Made by a program: the position numbers and the translations under genes
Part shown: positions 57,751 to 64,000 of the stretch, piece by piece
Numbering within the stretch: position 1 is the first letter of the stretch
Layout: each line of letters starts with the position of its first letter
NCBI GenBank assembly: GCA_965214605.1
Contig: OZ243961.1
Coordinates: 1,280,001-1,344,000 of the forward strand
From: an uncultured Candidatus Binatia bacterium
GTDB taxonomy: Bacteria > Desulfobacterota > Binatia > Bin18
Length of the DNA: 64,000 nt
Reading direction: 5' to 3'
The notes under the pieces: model-generated
Database searches by the model: none
What the model saw: only the letters and a program-made list of their open reading frames with translations
Told to the model about the DNA's origin: nothing

Positions 57751-59223
57751 ATGCCGGACACACACACACTGAGCCAACGTGCTCAGCAGCAGGCCCCGCG
57801 TGACCGCTCTGATCGTTTTCATGAAGAGTGCGGCGTGGTCGGTATCTATGGCCACCCCGACGCGGCCAATCTTGCGTATCTGTCGCTGTACGCCTTGCAG
57901 CATCGGGGGCAAGAATCGGCCGGTCTTGTGTCGTCCAACGGCCAAACCCTACTCGCCCATCGCGGGCTCGGCCTGGTCGCCGATATTTTTGACGAACGAC
58001 AGATCCGTCGCCTGGAGGGCAGGAGCGCCATCGGCCATAATCGCTACTCTACCGCTGGCTCGACGATTCTCAGAAATACCCAACCGCTGGTAGCCCGCTA
58101 CACCTACGGCTCGCTGGCGGTTGGTCATAACGGCAACCTGGTCAACGCCAGCGAGCTGCGGTTACGTTTAGAACGGCAAGGCTCAATCTTTCAGTCAACA
58201 GTCGACACCGAGGTAATCCTGCACCTCATTGCCGGTGCTCAAACTCCGACCCTGGTTGACCGGATTATCGAAGCCCTAGCTCAGCTGCGTGGGGCGTATT
58301 CCTTGGTGTTTCTGACAGAAAACGCCATGATTGCCGCCCGTGATCCCTACGGTTTTCGTCCGCTCGTGTTGGGCCAGATTAAGGAGGGGGAAAGAGAAAC
58401 CGCGGTCGTTGCCTCAGAAACCTGCGCCTTCGACCTGATTGGCGCCAGCTATGAACGGGAAGTCGAGCCGGGCGAGGTCGTGTTGTTTACGCAGCGCGGC
58501 CTACAGTCGTACAAACCCTTCCCGCGTGAACCGCTCTCCCGGTGTGTGTTCGAGTATATTTATTTCTCCCGACCCGATAGTACACTGTACGGTAAGAGTG
58601 TCTACCAGGTCCGACAAGCTTTCGGGCGTCAACTCGCCCGCGAGGCTCCAGCCGAGGCCGATATCGTCATCCCAGTCCCGGACTCTGGCGTGCCGCCGGC
58701 GCTCGGTTATGCCCAGGAGATAGGCCTACCGTTTGAGATGGGTTTGATTCGGAATCACTATGTTGGCCGCACCTTTATCGAGCCCCGCGACGCCATCCGC
58801 CATTTTGGTGTCAAGATCAAGCTCAACGCCCAAAATGACGTCTTGCGCGGAAAGCGGGTTGTTGTTGTTGACGACTCGATTGTCAGGGGCACGACGAGCC
58901 TCAAGATTATCACCATGATTCGCAATGCCGGAGCGCGTGAAGTCCATATGCGGATTAGCTCTCCACCAACGGTCGGCCCGTGTTACTATGGTGTTGATAC
59001 GCCCAAGCGAGGCGAGTTGATAGCCGCCAACCAAGACGTTGAGGATATTCGGCGCTATATCACGGCCGACAGCCTCTCCTATCTGAGCGAGGCCGGTCTG
59101 TATATCGCCCTCAAAGAGTCGCAGACCGGTTTCTGTGACGCCTGCTTTACCGACCGCTACCCGATCCCGATCGGGGAACGGCCCAAGGGCAGCCAGCTGG
59201 TGCTGTTTGAACTCGATCGCTGA
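57751..59223 (+). CDS. purF: Amidophosphoribosyltransferase
   Basis: Propeptide then EE|CGVVG, LQHRGQE, GHNRYST, VVVVDDSIVRGTT; Fe-S cysteines present. Confidence 0.97.
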   Translation: MPDTHTLSQRAQQQAPRDRSDRFHEECGVVGIYGHPDAANLAYLSLYALQHRGQESAGLVSSNGQTLLAHRGLGLVADIFDERQIRRLEGRSAIGHNRYSTAGSTILRNTQPLVARYTYGSLAVGHNGNLVNASELRLRLERQGSIFQSTVDTEVILHLIAGAQTPTLVDRIIEALAQLRGAYSLVFLTENAMIAARDPYGFRPLVLGQIKEGERETAVVASETCAFDLIGASYEREVEPGEVVLFTQRGLQSYKPFPREPLSRCVFEYIYFSRPDSTLYGKSVYQVRQAFGRQLAREAPAEADIVIPVPDSGVPPALGYAQEIGLPFEMGLIRNHYVGRTFIEPRDAIRHFGVKIKLNAQNDVLRGKRVVVVDDSIVRGTTSLKIITMIRNAGAREVHMRISSPPTVGPCYYGVDTPKRGELIAANQDVEDIRRYITADSLSYLSEAGLYIALKESQTGFCDACFTDRYPIPIGERPKGSQLVLFELDR

Positions 59224-59236
59224 GGGCTTGGCCCCG

Positions 59237-60835
59237 TCACCCGTCGCTAACCCGCACGACAGTATCCCGATGCCAGTGGCGGTCGTCAGGCTGCGGATAA
59301 TCCAGAGTTGAATGCAAACCCCGACTCTCCCGGCGCAGAAGGGCACATCGAATAATCAGCTCGGCCACAGTGGCTAAGTTCCGCAGCTCTAGCCCATCGC
59401 CGGTCACCAGAAAGTTCCAATAATAGTCCCGAATCTCGTCCTGAATCAGCCCAATCCGACGCTGCGCACGGGCCAGACGACGGTCGCTGCGCACAATGCC
59501 GACGTAGTTCCACATCAGGCGGCGAATCTCCTCCCAGGTCTGGGTCACCACGACCATTTCATCACTATCGACCGCCTGACCCGGGTTCCAGTCAGCAAAT
59601 GGTGGGCTCGGCTGCCGATCGGTGGCCAGCAATTCCCGGGCATGGACAAAAACTCGATGGGCAAAGACGACGGCTTCGAGCAGAGAGTTGGACGCGAGCC
59701 GGTTGGCCCCGTGCAGACCGGACATGCTGACCTCACCGGCCGCGTATAAACGTCGGATCGCGGTTGCGCCGTTCAAGTTAATGACCACACCTCCACACAT
59801 ATAGTGAGCCGCGGGGACGACCGGAAGCGGATCAGTGGTGAGATCAAGGCCGTACTCAAGACAACGTTGGGAGATGACCGGAAAGCGCTGGCGCAAGAAA
59901 TCCGCGTCGCGGTGACTGATATCAAGGAAGACCGACTCAAAGCCGTGCGTCTTCATTTCCCGGTCAATCGCCCGCGCCACAATGTCGCGGGGGGCAAGCT
60001 CGGCCCGCTCATCGTAGTCGGCCATAAACGCCGTGCCATCCGGACGGCGTAAAATCGCTCCCTCTCCCCGTAAGGCTTCAGAAATCAAAAATGACTTCGC
60101 TTGGGGATGAAACAGACAGGTCGGGTGAAACTGAAAAAATTCGAGATTGGCGACCGGTGCGCCGGCCCGATAGGCCATTGCCACACCGTCGCCGGTCGCC
60201 ACATCGGGATTGCTGGTGTACAGGTAGACCTTGCCCGCTCCTCCGGTGCATAACACAGTGACCCGGGCGGTAAACGTCGAGACCCGGTTGGTCTCAAGAT
60301 CAAGCACATAAGCTCCCCAGCACTCTTTGTCCGTCGGCCCACCGGTCGTCAGCAGATCAATCCCCATATGCTTCTCAAGAATACGAATATTGGTCCGGCG
60401 ACGAACGGCGTCGACCAGGGCACGGATAATTTCCTGACCGGTGGCATCAGCCGCATGGAGGATACGACGGTACGAATGGCCTCCCTCAAGGCCCAGATCA
60501 TACTCCTTAGCCCGGCTCCCGTTGCCCCTTCGACGCGAAAAGTTGGTGCCCAACGCAATCAGTTCCCGAATCCGCTCCGGCCCCTCACGGACAACGGTTT
60601 CGACCACCTTCGTATGACAGATTCCAGCTCCGGCCTTCAGGGTATCACGCGTATGGGCGTCAAAAGAATCATCTGCACTCCAGACAGAGGCAATACCGCC
60701 CTGGGCGTAGGCGCTATTACTCTCCGGGAGGCGGTCTTTGGTGACAATTGTAACCGAGCTGTGGACGGCCGCTTTGAGGGCTAGACTTAAGCCGGCAACG
60801 CCGCTGCCGATAATGAGATAGTCGCTTATATCCAT
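59237..60835 (-). CDS. nadB: L-aspartate oxidase
   Basis: IIGSGVAGL, SAYAQGGIA, QFHPT, PAAHYMCGG, GLHGANRLASNSLLEA, ESRGLH. Confidence 0.95.
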   Translation of the reverse strand: MDISDYLIIGSGVAGLSLALKAAVHSSVTIVTKDRLPESNSAYAQGGIASVWSADDSFDAHTRDTLKAGAGICHTKVVETVVREGPERIRELIALGTNFSRRRGNGSRAKEYDLGLEGGHSYRRILHAADATGQEIIRALVDAVRRRTNIRILEKHMGIDLLTTGGPTDKECWGAYVLDLETNRVSTFTARVTVLCTGGAGKVYLYTSNPDVATGDGVAMAYRAGAPVANLEFFQFHPTCLFHPQAKSFLISEALRGEGAILRRPDGTAFMADYDERAELAPRDIVARAIDREMKTHGFESVFLDISHRDADFLRQRFPVISQRCLEYGLDLTTDPLPVVPAAHYMCGGVVINLNGATAIRRLYAAGEVSMSGLHGANRLASNSLLEAVVFAHRVFVHARELLATDRQPSPPFADWNPGQAVDSDEMVVVTQTWEEIRRLMWNYVGIVRSDRRLARAQRRIGLIQDEIRDYYWNFLVTGDGLELRNLATVAELIIRCALLRRESRGLHSTLDYPQPDDRHWHRDTVVRVSDG

Positions 60836-60995
60836 GGACCGCCCCATTGCTGTCATGTCAATACCACAGAGTCAAGGCAGGAAGTGGAAGGGACAGGAAA
60901 TTGACCTGGAACAGAAAATTGCTTATGTGGGATGCTGTTGTGCTGGTCAGGTGAACGATGATGACCGCCTCATCAGGAAGAGTGCGTCACTCACT

Positions 60996-61673
60996 TTGTC
61001 AACGAGAAAAATTGTGTCACATGTGCCCAATCTGCTGAGTCTCTTCCGTATCGCTCTGATCCCGTTGCTGATGTACTATCTGACCGACCCTGGGCCGAGT
61101 GCCGGAGTCTGGGCGTTTTGTATTTTTTTTGTGGCCAGTTGGACAGACTACTTTGACGGTTATATTGCCCGTTTACAGGGTCGGACCAGTACCCTGGGCA
61201 AGTTGCTCGACCCCCTGGCCGATAAACTTTTGGTGATGGCTGCCCTGATTATGCTGCTCAGCCTTGACCGTTTTCCACGGGTTCCAGCCTGGCTAGTTGT
61301 CCTGCTGATCGGACGAGAGATTGCGGTTACCGGGCTGCGCGGCATTGCAGCCGGTTCAGGGGTAGTTATTGAAGCCGAAGCGCTCGGCAAGTACAAAACC
61401 CTATGCCAAATCTTTGCCGTACACAGTTTGATCCTGCACTACACCTATTGGGACATCGATTTTCATCTCACGGGGATGTATTTTCTGTGGATCTCGGCCC
61501 TGTTCAGCCTGTGGTCCGGACTTGAGTATCATCTCAAGGTCATCCGAGAGCTTTCAGCCAGCCGTTCGGTGCCCCGAGACCGACAGGACCAGCCGACTCG
61601 GCAGAATCCTGGGAACACGTATACGAACAGTCAGGTCGATGGACGCCACGTCCGACACACTGACCCAGCCTAG
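60996..61673 (+). CDS. pgsA: CDP-diacylglycerol--glycerol-3-phosphate 3-phosphatidyltransferase (start uncertain)
   Basis: PNLLSLFRI, TDYFDGYIAR..LGKLLDPLADK, GREIAVTGLR. Confidence 0.92.
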   Translation: MSTRKIVSHVPNLLSLFRIALIPLLMYYLTDPGPSAGVWAFCIFFVASWTDYFDGYIARLQGRTSTLGKLLDPLADKLLVMAALIMLLSLDRFPRVPAWLVVLLIGREIAVTGLRGIAAGSGVVIEAEALGKYKTLCQIFAVHSLILHYTYWDIDFHLTGMYFLWISALFSLWSGLEYHLKVIRELSASRSVPRDRQDQPTRQNPGNTYTNSQVDGRHVRHTDPA

Positions 61674-61693
61674 CTAAGCGATGAGAGAGCGAC

Positions 61694-62701
61694 ATGCGGG
61701 TTTTAGTCACCGGAGCTGCCGGTTTCATTGGATTTCATGTTGCGGCCCGCCTGCTTGCCCGTGGGGACTCAGTCATCGGCCTAGATAATATCAACGCCTA
61801 CTACGATGTCCGCCTGAAACAAGCCCGACTGGCCCAGCTCAGCCACCAGGCTCGCTTCAGCTTTCATAAACTCGATCTAGCCGACCGGGCAGGCATGGCC
61901 GAGCTGTTTCAGCATTACCGCCCGGAGCAGGTCGTCCACCTGGCCGCCCAGGCCGGCGTCCGCCACTCGCTGACGAATCCGCACGCCTATGTTGAGAGTA
62001 ACCTGGTCGGCTTTCTGAATGTTGTCGAAGGCTGCCGGACGATTCAGACTGTCCACCTGGTGTATGCCTCGAGCAGCTCAGTATACGGGGCGAACACAAC
62101 GAAGCCGTTTTCGGTCCACCACAATGTCGACCATCCGATTTCCCTGTACGCCGCGTCCAAAAAAGCCAATGAACTGATGGCCCATACGTATAGCCATCTA
62201 TATGGTCTGCCGACGACCGGTCTGCGGTTTTTTACTGTATACGGTCCGTGGGGCCGTCCGGATATGGCCCTGTTTGTGTTTACCCGCGCCATTCTGGCTG
62301 GCGATCCCATAGCGGTCTTTAACGATGGCCGGATGCGACGTGATTTTACCTACATCGACGATATTGTCGAGGGCGTAATCCGCGTGCTGGATAGCGTTGC
62401 TCAACCGAACCCGGCCTGGTCTGCTCAGGCGCCCGATCCGGGCACCAGTTCGGCGCCTTACCGTCTGTATAACATCGGCAACGGTCAGCCGGTCGAACTG
62501 CTGGACTTTATCTCCGTACTAGAGGAGTGCCTGGGCCGCCCAGCAAAAAAGAAGTTTCAGCCTCTGCAGGCCGGCGATGTGCCAGAAACCTACGCCGACG
62601 TGGACGATTTAGTCCGCGCCGTCGGCTTTCGGCCGGCCACGCCGCTGCGCGAGGGCATTGCCCGGTTCGTGGAATGGTACCGAGGATACTACCAGGTGTA
62701 A
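61694..62701 (+). CDS. NAD-dependent epimerase (UDP-glucuronate 4-epimerase-like)
   Basis: [32 protein letters not shown]. Confidence 0.92.
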   Translation: MRVLVTGAAGFIGFHVAARLLARGDSVIGLDNINAYYDVRLKQARLAQLSHQARFSFHKLDLADRAGMAELFQHYRPEQVVHLAAQAGVRHSLTNPHAYVESNLVGFLNVVEGCRTIQTVHLVYASSSSVYGANTTKPFSVHHNVDHPISLYAASKKANELMAHTYSHLYGLPTTGLRFFTVYGPWGRPDMALFVFTRAILAGDPIAVFNDGRMRRDFTYIDDIVEGVIRVLDSVAQPNPAWSAQAPDPGTSSAPYRLYNIGNGQPVELLDFISVLEECLGRPAKKKFQPLQAGDVPETYADVDDLVRAVGFRPATPLREGIARFVEWYRGYYQV

Positions 62702-63004
62702 GAGGGACTCATCCTGGTGGAGTCTGGGATTTCCCTCGCACGGGAAAACGTCCCAGCGTTCTCGATCTTCTCTGTGTTCCGAACAGTCGCTGCGATTCCA
62801 CATCATCCTCGCATAGCGGTCCATTCATAACGGCAGGACCGCTCTCAGAGATCACCCTTAGTCCTCTCTCCAGAAGAGCCGACTTGTCTACTCCGGCGAC
62901 AAGAAACACCTCCCTCCCATCAAACCCCAGCCCCGCTGTAACCGCCCGTGGCGCCTCAGAGCATCTCACGAGGGAGAAATCGCAGCCCTCGACAGTGTGG
63001 AGAC

Positions 63005-63295
63005 TTATGACGGGCTTCCCGACCCGTCCTGGTCCGGTGCTAGGGTGACAAGCGCCAGGGCGTGAATCATTCCACCCATCTCGTCAGCCAGCGCTGCATA
63101 GACCATGCGGTGCCGCTGCACCCGGGTTTTTCCGGTAAACAGCGGCGACACAATGCGCACCCGGTAGTGCCCGCCGCCCGAGGTCGCCCCTGCATGACCG
63201 GCGTGCAGGGCGCTCTCGTCTTCAACCGAGACTTCCAGCGTTTCAAGGTGGAGGCGGAGGAGCTGTTCGATTTTCTGCGCAGTGTTCATATTCAT
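63005..63295 (-). CDS. bolA: BolA family protein
   Basis: EDESALHAGHAG, GGHYRVRIVSPLF, QRHRMVYAAL, IHALAL. Confidence 0.92.
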   Translation of the reverse strand: MNMNTAQKIEQLLRLHLETLEVSVEDESALHAGHAGATSGGGHYRVRIVSPLFTGKTRVQRHRMVYAALADEMGGMIHALALVTLAPDQDGSGSPS

Positions 63296-63305
63296 AGACG
63301 CCGGC

Positions 63306-64000
63306 TCAGGTATTCTGACGGCCCGTGATCGAAGGAAAAACCGGACGCCGGCGCTCCTGCAGGGCAGCCAGTCCCTCGCCGACATCTTTGCCAAAGAACC
63401 CCAGCATTTCCAGTGCCAGTGAGTAGTCAAAGGAGGTTGCGGCAGCATTGCGCAGCCACTGGTTCAAGGACAGCTTGGTCCAACGGATCGCCTGCTGGGC
63501 GCCGTTGGCCAGCTTTGTGGCCACCTCCATCGCCTTTGGCATCAGCTCGTCGTGGGGAACGACCATGCTGATCAAGCCGATCCGTTCGGCCTCTGTGGCA
63601 TCCAACATATCACAGGTCAGCAGGTAGTACTTGGCCTTGGCCATACCGATCAACAGGGGCCAAATCGCAGCCGCATGATCGCCGGCAGCCACGCCCAGTC
63701 TGGTGTGGCCATCGGTGAACTTGGCCTTTTCGGAGGCGATGCTGATGTCGGCCATCAGCGCTACCGCCAGCCCGGCACCAACCGCCACGCCGTTAATGGC
63801 CGAAATGATCGGCTTATTGCAGTTGATCATATTGTGGACAATGTCGCGGGCCTCTTTCATCGTCTGCGACACCACGTCGAGGTTGCCCATTGATTTTTCA
63901 ACAACCTCAAAATCTCCTCCGGCCGAGAAGGCGCGGCCGGCACCGGTAATCACGGCAACCCTGATGTCGTCATCCTCGGCAATATCAAGCCACACCTTGC
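63306..64000 (-). CDS. Enoyl-CoA hydratase/isomerase family (5' end beyond the window)
   Basis: TGAGRAFSAGGD, KPIISAINGVAVGAG, GHTRLGVAAGDH. Confidence 0.9.
   Translation of the reverse strand, partial: KVWLDIAEDDDIRVAVITGAGRAFSAGGDFEVVEKSMGNLDVVSQTMKEARDIVHNMINCNKPIISAINGVAVGAGLAVALMADISIASEKAKFTDGHTRLGVAAGDHAAAIWPLLIGMAKAKYYLLTCDMLDATEAERIGLISMVVPHDELMPKAMEVATKLANGAQQAIRWTKLSLNQWLRNAAATSFDYSLALEMLGFFGKDVGEGLAALQERRRPVFPSITGRQNT

Noticed and set aside
62709-62969. 86-aa minus-strand ORF between the epimerase and bolA
   Set aside because: No RBS or recognisable motif; cannot be supported.

Overview
A GC-rich bacterial chromosome segment. Gene content and order suggest a deltaproteobacterial-type lineage, and the pseudogenes hint at a host-associated lifestyle (both inference). 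Housekeeping flanks: 1-21.5 kb holds pyrC-carA-carB behind an attenuator-like leader, tenA, xseA-xseB-ispA-tlyA, ctpA, a TlpA-family gene, lgt, dtd, trmL, a decayed DNA methyltransferase/RM gene, a Mut7-C RNase and a heterodimeric ABC exporter. 51.6-64 kb holds an orphan 5S rRNA, tRNA-Gly, yacG, lpxA, tRNA-Cys, purB-S-Q-L-F, nadB, pgsA, an epimerase, bolA and a crotonase. Between them lies a ~30-kb cell-surface locus (21.6-51.6 kb): WaaL-like ligase, initiating sugar-phosphate transferase, several GT2/GT4 enzymes, Wzm/Wzt, methyltransferases, two pseudogenes, a secreted acidic S-layer-like protein with strong expression signals, and a reduced T2SS (F,G,L,M,C,D; no E,H,I,J,K). Two candidates stand out. 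(i) An oppositely oriented three-gene cassette: a small 'AHA|YLDPGSGS' membrane peptide, a NoeA-like kinase-fold/methyltransferase fusion and a Thr-type sulfatase-fold membrane protein, possibly an uncharacterised methyl-phosphate glycan-decoration system. (ii) A putative dedicated S-layer export-plus-glycosylation island. All family assignments come from motif recognition by eye; no searches were run.
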